From Ostrea edulis (Eukaryota): a DNA stretch of 64,000 nt. The DNA lies in the NCBI RefSeq assembly GCF_947568905.1, contig NC_079169.1:21700001-21764000 (forward strand), read 5' to 3'. This document shows, piece by piece, positions 25,815 through 40,800 of this stretch. A program made the position numbers and the translations under genes. Every line of letters starts with the position of its first letter. Position 1 is the first letter of the stretch. Below the pieces are notes generated by a model. The model worked only from the letters and a program-made list of their open reading frames with translations. It ran no database searches and was not told the origin of the DNA.

Positions 25815-28800
25815 GACAGTATACCTTTGCCAGGTGAAATTCTAATCTCTTCAGGTATCTCTCAGCAGCTTTGATTTGCTAAAATGAATAAAAGTTATAT
25901 ATACATGTAAATATAATTCTAAGACTCATTCATATCATTATGCAAAACAAAAACAAAATATTGTAAACCGGTTTTATTTGTCTGTCATCATATATAAGTT
26001 AAGGCATGTGCTTGTATTGAACTCTACAGAATGTTTCATATAATGGTAGGTGTATATTTATGTGTCGTAATCTAAACCAGTATAACAAACAGCAGATTCC
26101 TCATTCTCCATTTCACTTCTATTCACAAAATTGTAAAAGCATGACAGCTATACTCTAAGGGACCTAGAGATATACAAATATGATATTAAAAAAGTGAGAC
26201 TTTGCATTTCGCGAGTGCAGGCTTCTCATTCATGAATGAAATAATTAATTACTTGTGTATAATAAGGAATTTACAGTATTCACATTTGTGTGTAATCTTA
26301 TAGAATTCAGCACAAAATACATATCAGCCTTCATTTAACAAAGCACACATAGCCTAAGAATAGATAGTTATATATGCATGCTTGCTAATTAATCTAGTGC
26401 ATAATCCACACAAATCTTTGGCGTTTGTTTAACGAATGACTTTTCTAGTAACAGGACAAGAGATTATAAACTAGAGTGGACCTAATGGGATGAATTCCTT
26501 CGGATGGGCAAATCAGATATCCCTAATTATCTTGATTTTTGTATACTGCCAATCTTTGTGACCTTGAACTATTTCAAACAAGAATTACAAGAGTACATAC
26601 TCTCACTGATTTATACAGAGAGATTTCTCTGCAAAATTATCACTTGGACAATATATTTTTAATAATATTTTAGAAATCAGATCATGTAATAGAAATAGAC
26701 TAACTTATCATGACACACTTATGTCTGAGCAAGCTTTAAATATACCATCTCTGCTACAAAGTTATTTTTCAGTGTCCTTAACTTTGTTGAAGTGTAGTTG
26801 GACTTAGATTACTACCCATCCTAATTATTTCACAACTCCTATATAACCTTCATTACTGACTGATTCCTAATACATTGTACAACACTACAGTATGTCCCTA
26901 CTCCAGCCAGCAAGAGGTTCAGCCCCAACACTTTTATTCTATATTTCATGTATATGTATTTTTTGTTTTCATTACATTTTACTTATTCTATTTATTTATT
27001 CGTATTACCACATATTCGAGGTATATAAGGAGCGTTATAGGGACGTTAACCGAGACTCTGGCTTAAATTGCAGAAGTTTAAGTGCTTTTAGCTCTCCTCC
27101 AAGCTTTGTTTCAATGAAAATGTGAATATAGTGGCATTTTCTCTTAATTTCTTAAATTAGCTGATTAACAAAGAAAATTCGTCATTTACATCATGAAATT
27201 AAAGAGGACTGTGTCGCCTGTCCCAAATAATGATAAATTGCCAGCTGTCTCCATAAAATTTGGCAGTAAAGATGAAATATACATAATAATATTCTCTTTA
27301 CAAAACCAGGCTTGTTTATGATAAATGAATAAGATGTAAGTTATGAGCAACCAATTTAGCCAATAATGCTACAATACATCATAAACACGCTAAATAGTAC
27401 AACACCAATTACATCAATGAAACATTGAAAATCTTGCATACTAAAATGAATTTTTCATAAATCAAATTTGCAGGATACTGCCAAGCAATTTACACTGCAG
27501 TATTATATAGTTCATACATCATAGCTCTCTCTAGATAACATAGAAACCTTAATCAACTTCTTGCTGAATTTCTGAGCTCCAAATCCAATTTATATTCTAA
27601 TCTAACAAGGGTATATAACAAACATTTAGGTGTTAGTCTGAGATCACTTATAGGCCACACTGACGGTACAGGGCAAAATATAATTGGCCTGTATTGATCC
27701 TTCCTAACATACATGTATTTTCACATGTCAGTCACACAGTAGTGTTTTCGCACGATGAAATAACACAACATTAGTACTACGCCTACCATAAGACTATTGA
27801 TTAGCAGTAAATCAAACCCAGCGTATAATGCCGACCATCTGCAGGGGAAAAACCGACAACAGAGATGCATCATTCCAGAACACAAGATGTTTTGGCAACA
27901 CATTTTATAAACAGAGGAACAGGTGAAACATTGTGACAATCTCTCATTGTATTAACGATAATTAAACCACACTAATTTCAAAGACATTCACACAAATAGT
28001 TAAAATCCTCATGCAAATGTATAATATCTGAATATTTTCACACACGCCCATGCAGGATATTGCCATTATGACATCATCAAGACAAACATCGTCCAACTAC
28101 TGGACATCTCACAAATAAAACAGGTATTTTACCTTATCGGTTTCCATTAACCTTCCCTACAGAGTGAAATTTAGTGAAATTATGAAATCTTATTTTTTAC
28201 TTCATACAGGAATTAAATCACTTGAGGTTTATTTCAATCTGTATGCCAAACATGAATTTCAGTCACTACAATTTACGATTATAATTTGATAAAAATCTGT
28301 AGAATATTTCAACCCCATTATCACAATATACCATTAGATGGAAAATAACTTTAAAACGTCTCAAAAGGCATGCATGAGTACTGCATGGTTTGTAAGAAAG
28401 GAAGTTTGGCAATAGATTTAGTGGGTTTTTTTATCAGATGTAAATACAAATTGGCTTACTTGTGAAGTGGTGGTTTGGTCAACAGTCCTAGAGTGCAGAG
28501 CCTCGATATCATCTCTGGTGGCCTGAATAAACTCCCTAAATGAAAAAAAGAAAAACTTCATCTACAGCAACTTTTGGGTCAAGGTCCAATCACATTTATT
28601 AATTTCAATCACTTGGATTTATTAATTTCAATCACTTGGATTTATTAATTTCAATCACTTGGGTTTATCAATTTCAATTACTTGGATTTATTAATTTTAA
28701 TCATTTGGATATATTTGAATTTCAATCACTTGGATTTATTTTATCTATAATTTGCCTATCCATCATATAGGTATAATTAAGGGGGGGTGGGGGGGGGGTC

Positions 28801-31800
28801 ATAAACAGACTAGTCAATAGTAATAGTGGACTTCAGGTAACAAATCTTTTTATATGACACAATTTTTCTTAAAGTTCCTAAAAGTTCAGTTTATTGTGAA
28901 AATAAATTCTGCTTAAAGGCCCATTTCATGACTGTATGGTTAGGTTACTGGAAAAGTAAGCATGACCAAATCAAGACAGAATTTTGACTTATTTCATCTT
29001 TTAAATTTCATACTATAATTTATTCTGTAAACTAACAGTACAGTGATAAGATATATTTGGTCATTTTTCAACACACAACACAATAAAATACTTTTAAGTA
29101 AATACATGTACCATGTCCTCACATCCATTAAAAAGAAGTAAAAACTGCCATAAAGTGACATTAATTGCCTCTTTAAAAACATGGTGATAATGACAATAAA
29201 AACTGAAACATTTTCTGCTACATTCTGCTAAAGATGTTTACACAAGCATCTTATTTCCTACTTTCTATGACTAATGCTCATTCAAAAATGAAGATCACGC
29301 GAGCCAGAACATTCTCGTGAGTCAGAAGTTTCAAATGTAATTTTCGAGACATTTTTAATGTATTAAATGGTCAATGACTATGAATATAATATGTATATAG
29401 GTTTTGCATAGTTCCATTGATTACAGACTTAGTCACCTTGTGTCACTGATGAGCTGTAAGATGCCTGACTAAAGGCGAACATAAGATACATGTATACCAT
29501 AATTGTCCAAATAACCACCTTCTCCCATAAAGCCACACCCCCACCCCCCCCCCCACCCCCCACACACAAACACATACTGGTACATACATAATACAAACAA
29601 ATAACTTCTCTCAATCTGACCTAAAGTGAATCAAATGATCCTCTCTAAGAACACTTTGTTCCTATTCAAAATATATACGAGTCCAATTAGTTTCAGTTTT
29701 TTATAATACTATAAATATCGCTTATTGGGATGACTATGGTATAATACTATAAATATCGCCTATTGGGATGACTATGGTATTCACTTGACGGATGTATTAT
29801 GTTACATGTATTTACATACGTGTAGCGATAGTAGATGAGCGGATCGTAGGATCTAATTTTAATTAGATTGATGTATTATCTATACTATTATCACAGTAAT
29901 GATACACAGTATCTTCTTTATTGTTATATCCGATTGATAAGTCTGGGTACTTTGACTTGTATGTAACATTCCTTGGGGAGCAGGCTCAATACAACTACAT
30001 ACAGCTATCTAAACTATTTCCGTGACCCCCTCATGTCAAGATCTCAGGAGCCAGGTATATATTTCACACCAAATTAGCCACTGCCATAAACCACCAAATC
30101 AGTTGATGGATTGACAAAGTGATTATTCAGACATCCCTCTCCAATTTCAAGCACTCCCCTTCCACTCCCGATCATCTTAACTTTTGAAGTTTTTGATCTA
30201 ACATCATGTCCATATACTTGAACTTTTCTGTGCATTTACAGGTAAATAAAGGTAGTATATTTTTATCCCCTTGTCAACAAATATTCAACATTCCGATGAA
30301 CTTCAAACATACACACAAGTTGCAGTGTTAGGTCAGAAAAACACCAGCTCCGTTTACTGTTACTAATTATGCATCTCCCTCCAGCTAATTGTCAAAACAT
30401 GCCGTTCATTTCCTGTCAAATTTCAAATTTTAGACCTACCACTGGAAAATACATAAATTCAAATAACAATCATGGCTTTGTCATAATTTTTTATATAATT
30501 ACACATGACACACCCCTCATTCACATGTACACAACATAACATTCACAGGAAAATGTGAAAATATCATGGATAATAAAAGTTTAGATGATATGTGAACCAG
30601 TAACATAAACATATGGTGGTTATTATTTGAGTCAATCTGAAATTCTTACCACAAAAATAATAATCCATTTGATGTTAAAATGTGTGCTCATTGACATTAG
30701 GAAATCCAACAGTCAAATATTTGCAAAGCAGAAATACACTTCTAAATTTAAATGAGACCAATCTGTTTTGTTCCTAGTAACTGAAACACAATTCATCACT
30801 TAACTTCAATGTTGAAACAACACGATCTTTCAATTTGGAAAGGGTAATTTTTACTGTTAGAAAACCCTTGCAATGATAGCAAATAAACATTTCTGCATTC
30901 ACTTCATACCTTATTCCATTTTTGACACTCTCAAACATCAGAAGTGTCCGGTTCGGTCTTGGAACTTTTGGCATCTTTGGTGACTTCCTGAAGTTAATGC
31001 CAACATTTGACTTGGAGGTGGGTGGATTTTTATGGAGGGTCCAATGTCCCCGGGCCCGGAGTGTCTCCCCTAGGACAGGTGCCCCTGAGGGTGTATGCTG
31101 CATGTCATGGTGGGCCTTCATGGCCAGACTGCCCCCAAACGAATGACTTCTTAGGACAGGAGTAGATTTACTGTTGCATGTGACGTGCTCCAATTGAACA
31201 TGATTATCCAACTGGAAGGGGTCTTTTCTGGTCATAGGAACTGTAACAGATAGAAAGACTTACTCATCAGAAGATCTAGTTACATCATCGAATGAAAACC
31301 ATGATCCCTGCCTATCCAAGCAAACAAAATCCAATGAAACCCAGTCTGATAAAATTTCTCTGTGGTGCCAATCTAGTAAATGTCATAAATTTTCTATTCT
31401 GGGCACTGTTTCTGGTTCAGATAAATTTTTCATTGAAACATATACTGTATTGATGACCAAACTTTATATTCTGATTCAGTAGCTACAATTGAATTCATTC
31501 CTAATTGATTTAATCAAGATTATCGTGGTAATGTGAAGACCATAGAAATGATTTTATTTATATTCAATTTAGCTCCTACTGTATGTAGGCATTTAGGGCA
31601 GTGCATCACAAATCAATCAATAATTCATGTGCATGTCTGCTGCTATTATCTCTATGATGACATGGAAGTCCCCGGACACTCATCTGCTTGATGCTACTGA
31701 TAATGAGAAGACAGGGAGGCTGATGCAGCTCTCTCATGTACCACCACAGAGTACATCTATCTGAGTAGTACAGCCTCCCAACTGTTTACTTTTACCTGTA

Positions 31801-34800
31801 GTGACCAGGTTAATCCCATATAATCCACAAGATTATCCCTGTAATTCAACATACATATTTCACATCTTACACAGTATTCAGGAACAGCTAGAGTTCCTTG
31901 CACCACAAACAGCAGACAGAACATCAATTGAAAAGGGGACATGATAAAAACCACTTCAAGGTCTTGGTCACAAAAACTGCTGATAAACATCTCTAAACAA
32001 TCTCCGTTCCTCTGTATCTTCTCGCAGATAACAGAACTCAAATTCCCCTGTTGTTCACAATTTTGAAGTGTTAAATATATGAAAGAAATACTTAACCTGC
32101 ATCAGAAGGTCTGAGGACTTCCTTAAGAAAAACTTTTGTTAGCGACAATCTGACCCGACTTCCAATAGAAGTCTCTGTCAGACCACACATATTCCTTTAA
32201 CTATGTAGTAAAAAGATTTATTCTTAAACAGATTTGTCACATGTTAGATTAATAAGATTGATTGATTGATTTTTTTTTTAACGTCCTTCCAAGAATTTTT
32301 CACTCATATTGAGATGTCACCAGCTGTAGGTGAAGTACTACAAAGTTAGACCTATAAGCTTAACGCTCAGGTCTGTAGCAGTGAGGGTTCTTTAGCATGC
32401 CAACGCCTGCTGTGACACGTGACCTCCGTTTTAAGGACATATCCGAGAAAGACCTGTGATTTTCACTTGTAAATGCCGAGCGCTTGGCGAAGGAGCAATC
32501 ACTACCTATTTTAATGTCTTAGGTTTGACAGGCCATGGCACGAGCAGGGCTCGAACTCACGAAGATATCAGACAGACAAATGCTTAGTCCATTAGGATTT
32601 ACTTGCAATTTTAAACCAGCAGTACATGCCTTATTACAAAAATTTGCAGGCTTATCACAAAAAAACCCCGACCAAATATCAGTAGATAGCTGCATGGAAA
32701 CCTTGTTTATCATATTTTATGCAAACACCAGGATGTAGCAAGAAATAAGATTCATTCCACAAAATCTATTCAGAATTCGATGATGCATTGACTCGAGAAA
32801 ACCTAGTCTGTACTACATATAACATGAAAAAACAGTTACCATGGAGATCTGTGTCTTTGCCATAAGCATAACCGAGTTTCTAGGTTAATGAAATTCATCA
32901 ATTGAGAAATTACATCAAGTTAAACCACTCTAAACTGTCTCAGAACTCAATCGATGTGGAATAATGAAAAAAAAAAACAGGGTGGGACTCCTATATTACG
33001 CATGATAATTACATCATCTCAAAGCCCCACATGTGGGATGGTTAATTACAATATTACCATATTCCATCATATTTCATATATAGCACATTGTAAATATGGT
33101 ACATATCATCCAATAAGTCATATATTCTTTACCTTCTGGTATGAAATAACAAAAATCATCAGCAGCAAATCCCCATCACTAGCAAACATGAAAATGTGTT
33201 ACGTACATCAACAAAAGGTTTTTATAGTAATCTCACTTCAATCACAACTCCACCCATTGAAATCAGAGACTGGAGGAGTATGTTACATGGTAAACACAAA
33301 CTGTCCTTTACTTGGATCTACACATTGGGTATTACTAACATCACACACATTACAAAATACTTCGTGGTAAGTATTGATCCAGCTGAAATTTTTTTCATTC
33401 TTACCTTATGATTGACGATTGAGTGACTAACATCATTTAGTTCAATAGCAGGCTATCCTCTGCACACAATGCAAACTATGATTGATCCCAAAGATAAACA
33501 AATACACAGGTACAACAAATTTTTAATCTGCCATTGTTCCTGGCTATCAGAGGAGGCGTGACACTCGGTACATATCAACAATCAATATTCACATTATCTT
33601 CCACTCTCAGTACTACTCCAGCTTTAAAAACAATATCACTCGCTGTCAGAATGCTGGGAGGAAGATCTCAAAAGAAAAAAATCCTGATTATAGTCCGCCA
33701 TGCACTCATGGATTTATTTTTCTCTCTCTGTAACGGCCACACTTCCTTAGAACAAGAATATTATTTCACCAGTAATGTCTAATGATCGAGAACAACATCA
33801 TGAGCCAATTTCATGCAAACTCTTAACACGTGGCTCATTAAATCTAACTATTCCACTCCAAAAGACGCAGCAGTTCACACATCATTCATGACTATACTGA
33901 GCCCTAATCCATTACCAAAATTTTCAATTCAGTGGAATTAGCCAGAAACAACACTTGACTCCGAATTGATCACTTCCGAAGGCTAGAATAGTCTAGAAAT
34001 AATAGTGGAAAACCTGCCAGTCTGCAATGATATTACATCAAGGGCATTCAACAAGCAAGTTATACCAGCCTAGCAGCTATAAACTTGTGACATTTCCTCT
34101 GATCTCCATAAAACACACACTTTACCGCCTTGTCCGTCTTTCCAGATGCTAGAGCTAACAGCCAGTCACACATCCTAAACTGATATTTTGAAATAAGATT
34201 TCAAAAGAGGCTGCCTGCATCTTGATGTTAGGTGAAAATAAGTGGGTTATCAAGGGATTGTTACTGGGACTTTGTATCATTATTTCTATTAATTATACCA
34301 TAACAAAATTATCTAAGATTGAAACCAGAAAAATAAGTAAATCTACAAAATTTATTTGTAGTGCAAATTGATAATGGCTTTCATTTTTGAAACAATTTTA
34401 CTTCAAATCATAAATAATCCCACTTTCACCCCCATTTCAGTAAAACTAAGATTAATGGGACATCACCAGTCCTTGACACACAGTGCTTGGACGATTAAGT
34501 TGAGTTAATGCAACTATGGAGGAGGATCCAATATTTCACATTGAATGACAAATAATGAATCTAAGGGGTAGGGTCCTTTATATTACATTAAAAGACAAAA
34601 ATCTGCATATCAACTGTTAACTGCATTAAATGCACATAATCTGTGAAAAGGATATGATTTTTACTAAATTCATAAATTTAATTTCTAAGTAATGCAGTTA
34701 ATATTTTGCACAATGCAGCTAGGGAGGCAGATCCAAAATTTTACATAATGTTGTTTGTTTTACATTAATTCCTTTAAGGACTATTCACTCATATTGAGAC

Positions 34801-37800
34801 ATCGCCAGCTGTAGGTGAAGTACCATAAATGTATGTTTAGCATTCAGGGCCATAGCAGTACATAATGTAAGTAAGGAGGAGGATCCAATATTTTACACAG
34901 AGCAACTAAAGAGGAGGATCCAATATGTTACACAATGCAACTATGGAGGAGGATCCAATATTTTACACAATGTAACTAAAGAGGATGATCCGATATTTTA
35001 GACAATGTAAGCTAAAGAGGAGGATCCGATATTTTACACAATGTAACTAAAGAGGAGGATCCGATATTTCAGACAATGTAAACTAAAGAGGAGGATCCGA
35101 TATTTTAGACAATGTAAACTAAAGAGGAGGATCCGATATTTTAGACAATGTAACTAAGGAGGGGGATCCAATATTTTACACAGAGCAACAAAGGAGGTGG
35201 ATCCAATATTTTACATAAAGCAACTAAGAATGAGGATCCAAAATTTTCCTAATGCAACTGAGAAGGATTCAAAATTTTATATATAAAAAGAAAGATAAAT
35301 CAGCAAGTTGATTTCAAAAAGTATATGAAAATTAGTGAAATGATGGACTATTTTCTTACCATCATCTGACAGATCCAAACCTAAAATGCCATCATTCACA
35401 CAACGAGAGCACCAGGGCACTTCTAGTGTCTTATAGCGTAGTTAAAGAACACTTCTAGCACCAGAGCACTTCTAGTGTCTTATAGCTTAGTTAAAGAACA
35501 GAATTTTTTCATCATTTGAAACAGTTATTAAATTATGAATAAAAAGAATCTAAACTATCCAAACAGCGTAACAAATATTCAGACTAGATTAAAGATGCAT
35601 GTAGTTCAAAGTATCATACGATAAGATAAATCACAAAAATTACATTATCCTTATCACAAAGTAAGAATTTTTCAGATGTCCATTACATCGCACAAATAAT
35701 TTAGTTGTTCAGCTTATAAAACCTCTGTTGCTCCTGTATCAAACACTCTTTGCACAAATTCATACATGTACATACCCATAAAGATCTTCCTACTAGAAAT
35801 CTGAGAATTTAACTCTGTAATTGCTCAAAGTTTCTGAGTGTCATCAAGGCCTCTGGATTATTTCCCTAATCTTTACACATTCTAGACAATTCATCACAGT
35901 AATTATGAATAGAGTGATGTAATGGCATTAGCGTTTGCATGACAACTGTAGCCTGAGGACATTATAATTGAAACAAGTGATCAGTAGATTTTATCTGCCA
36001 TAAAACTGCTTTGAAGTCAGTCATTGAGAGAAGTACTTTTTATGACAATTACAAGTTGTCATTATGACATGCCTACATGTATATAGACAACAAGATACAG
36101 ATCTTTAATTACATTGTCTGCAGGAAAATGACCTCCAACACCACAGTAAAAACTAAGATGAAAAAAAATCAAAAAATGAAATCCAAAAGACTGACATCAT
36201 TTGAGTACATGCAATTAAATGTAACTCTATTTTGCTAATTGGTTATTTTAAAAAAGGTAAAACAAACCAGAAAAAATTCTTATGAATTGAAAACTCGAAG
36301 AACATGTACAAAAAGAAACTTGAAAGTTTACCTTATTTAGCGAAGAAAATATAATTTCCATAGAATTTCGTAAGAAATAAAATCATGACCCCTGGAGGAC
36401 TCATTCTATACAGATTGTGAGCCTCACCCATTAACCGTCTGAGCTAACCAGCTAGACAATAAGAATATATTACTAATGTTTATAAGAAAGTTCTCATTTT
36501 AGCATTTACCAAGGGAAATTACATGTAACTCTTCACCAATGCTTCATAATGTAAAGAATATCCTACATGTAAATTTCTGCGATCCATATCGATTTTTCCA
36601 GATATCCATCAGCCTGGGAGTTCCGAGGTTTTCCTCCGATATTCCACCCAGTCCAATATGTAAGAACCGCATGGCCAGTCTCAATTAAAAGCAATCAAAT
36701 CTTATGGCACTTGTATTTTTCAAACTCCACAAAAGCAACTCTTATCCACAATTTCTTTTGTCCCCACATGGCTGCATGTGCGAAAGTAGTGAGGTCATTT
36801 CTCATTAATTATTGCCTACATGCATTCCACGATTGTTTTGGTTTACATGCGCTGCAGCTTCTAGAGAGGACTGGCCATGTCATAGTAAGGACCCCATGAC
36901 AGCTTAATGTCCCTAACCAACAGTCACCCAAGCATTCAAACTATAAATCGCCTTTCATCTTTACTATTTATGGAAAAACAAGGGTCCTAACATCTCCCTT
37001 TTAGAAGCCAATAAAAAGATAAATTTATCTTGAAAACAAGACCATCAATGCTTATTGAACCAAATATAAACAAAGAGGATGACCATGCAATTTAGTGATA
37101 AGAACAAACAGTCAGCTTTTGGACAATGTCAATTACACCTGAAAAATGATGCAAGAGTATTTACACTTAGGACAGCTTAGCCACCAATTTGTCTTCGTGT
37201 AAGTCTAAACCCAACAAACAAAGTACTCGAGGAGTTCAAACTTTGCTGGTCAACCTGTTAATGACAGACAAAAACTGGTAAACAAAATCCAATACTAATA
37301 GCCATCATGCTGTTTTTGAATTGTCTGTCAGGGATTCTTCAGAATGACAGCCGAACAAAAAACATCTATAACACTATTAAGTAATATTAGCTCTGTGGCT
37401 CCGAATTCAGTTCATAACCAAATTGAACTTTTTACCTTTTACACCTGCGATCCTATTCACTTAGACCAAAATTTGTCTCCGGAAAAACAACTATACACAT
37501 CGTCGATCTCAATTTTATCAGTGCACTGCATTTTATGCACGCAAGAGTTTTTGCAAAAAAGAATGCACAAATACCACGAGAATTCCACATTGTCTATGCA
37601 TGCAGATAAGAATTTCATTAACTTAGATGGCAAGTTTGCATGAATTTTAAATGAAATTGGAAATATTAGTAAATGTGTATCTAAATTTATAATATCTATA
37701 TATATTCAAAGTCAGAGCATGATTATACATAAACAAAACCAGTATTCTACATAAATCATTCCTGTACACCTGCATGTAGAGTCGATCGTCTCTGTAACTG

Positions 37801-40800
37801 TACATTATTGATGTTACCCCCGAGGTTAATAACGCTCTCCCATTGGGACACAATTAATTTACACAAAATATTGGACAACAGATTAATGACCTTGATACCT
37901 AACCATCAAATGATGAAGGAAGGGAAAAATCCAGTAATGATTGGCCAATGCCAGTGAATGATCTGAGAATATGCAGAACAATTTAGATACTGGATTCCAA
38001 AACAAACAATATCTCATCTTATGTAAACTGTATGGTCTATCAACCACCAATGGAAGCAAGTGTCAGCATTTATTGCAGACAGCCTACTGAAGCAGAAGAC
38101 CATGCCACAACTGGTCATCAACCCCCAGCAGAATTCTGCAGAATCAATGAACAATTTGTCAACTAAGATGATACCCATACCCATGCCTCACTGTCAAACA
38201 GTTTCTAAAGTAAGCCAAAAGGTGAAAGAAAAGGCAGGGTCCTGCCACAACCAAAAATGTTCAAAGATTAAAATATCGATAGGTTTGTTGTTTCAAGGAC
38301 ACATGTCCAAAAGATGGATTAGAACATGCATGCAAATGCTCTGTGGAAAAGTTTCTATTAACACTTCTTGCAATTCCATTTGCAAAAAATTAATGAAAAA
38401 GTTTGACCAAGATAAATGATGTACCTTAACCCTATATATTTCTGGCATATTTGAAGACATGAATATATTAATATGAAATTGCATAATGGTTTATAAAACA
38501 GTAAATGGCAGATACAGGTTTTCAGATTGTAAAACATCGCAGACAAGTAGTAGAGGAAGGCATTACAGTGATGTACTAACAAGATATTTTGCGCCATAAA
38601 ACTGTCCCTCACGTCTGGCTTGACATTCATCATGGTGACAGGGATCCCCACAACAGACACAAAACAACAGACACAGGGACTTCATCAGAGCTAGTCAGGG
38701 CTGATGGTATTGTCATGGTTTTCATGCATCTAAACACTGCAATTTACTACATGCATGTTAGTTCAGATTTGTTTAACATTCTAACATAAACATTAAAAAT
38801 TCCTCTCTTATGGGACACTACAATGTTCTATAGGCATGTGCGAATCTATATCATCTGTTTATAGACATTTCAGCTATTTCCAGTAGTGTCTGATGACTAC
38901 TCGGTCCTAACTATCAAAAGTTAAGTACCTGATGAAACATAAAAAATTAAACTGTCTTGCAGTTTGTCATCTGTCACACAAAAGTGTATACAACATATGT
39001 ATATACTATCACACACAATACAATGCCCTACCTGGTAGTAATGTTTTCTCTGTGCAGCAAATGCCAAATTGAATACACACATGTCATAAAACAACATCTG
39101 TTGCTATGTCATTTGCCCAGGTGTTACTGATTACCATACAGCTCCATTGCTATATGCAGCTATGCAAAATTCACTCTCCAAATTCTTGTTCATCTAATTT
39201 ATTAATATTTATTAATAACTTCTTGGGCTTGACAATGTCTAACGTTTAGTAACATTACACTTTGGTTTCAGAAATATAGAAATAGATCTAAAAAAAATTG
39301 TGCTTACCTAGAACAAAGAGGTCATGTATTTTCAAACCACAACATTTAAATGATTTTGATTAAGAATACTGAGGTCTTTTTTATTCTGATTAAATTGATA
39401 AACAGCAAGAAAGAGATCACTTTACAAAAAGTTGGGAGTAAATAATGCAAAAAGCATAGTTAGAGCAGTGTTAGTAATGGAATTAAGTCAGGAACACGCA
39501 CTTCCTTTCTGTCGAGTTTTTATCCACCACACCCCAACATAAAGCAGCGAGAAAACCAATCAGGATCAACTTTTACACTGGAACTTGCTGTGTAAATCTA
39601 CCAAGGTCTCAGATTTTTTATACACTTGTATTATGTTAATTTATTTAAGACTGTGTCAGTTTGTTTTCAGACAGTTCCTTACAAAAATGATGAGCTGTTC
39701 CCGTTGTAATTAGTTAATTAACACAGAAATTAGCAACAATTATACCTCACTATAAAACATAATTATGACAGAAATGAAGGAGGCTGACTTACTTAGATGA
39801 AAAGAATTGACCATATGAGAAAAACTTAGAAGGGCAAAGGGGATAGGATTAATTAAATCACTCGAAAATGACAACGATTAATTGATAAAGATTAAGTTCG
39901 ATACCCTTTCTCACAGGACAAATTTTCAAACTTTGCTCTGTCTTCTCTACAGTTTTAAAAACTTAATACTTGTACAACATTGCTAAAACACCCATGAATT
40001 CCAAACAGAGAGAGAATGCCTTTTTATGTTGTAACAATAAACTCTACAGAATCCAACACAAATCACCATTTCAATACTGTTAAATCTGTGACATAAATCA
40101 ATTCATGGGGTGAAAACTACTTCCCCACAACTATTTCTGTCTGATTCCTGAAAGTACAGATTCTTCCTGATAGGGGAATTTTTCTATTTTTAATTTGGAC
40201 AGTTCTTTAGAGAAGAGATTGGTATTCTAATTTGAAAGATAACAATATATCATCACATTATAACACTCACACAACCAATTTAAGTACCACTCGTCTCATC
40301 CAATACAAAGGTCAAGAGGAACAATATTGATTGAACATGTCTGTTATATTCTTCTTTTGCATATTTAAATATTTCACACATTCTAAGGGGGATGGGGGGA
40401 TGGGGGGAATCAACCTTAGGTCAGTGTACTAAACTATTCAAATTTCGTCTGAGAATGAATGATTCAGCTTGCATAGATTAAAATCTCATTTATAGTGTGC
40501 AGTTATCGGGTGCACAATTCTTTAATTTGTATACAAAACTCTTTCATTTTGTACATAAAAACTAGTATGTTGTTTTGAAATTTATAAACACTAAAGTGCT
40601 TGCCCCAGTTTCTGTGAAATTTACTATTAGAGCTTCCTGGATGAGCTAAGATGAAGTCTGAACACAAAAATAATTAAATCTTTCTTTTTAAAAAATTTCT
40701 AAGTTTATTCAAATGTTTCAAGATTCCAAAAATCTGAGTTAATTAGCATCCCACGTATCTGCAGTATATCTCACATACAATGTACAATACAACAAAACAA

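Noticed and set aside
31757-32200. Alternative RIPOR first exon or 94-aa ORF
   Set aside because: A phase-1 donor near 32093 is possible but weak (GTTAAG), and there is no convincing ATG or homology.
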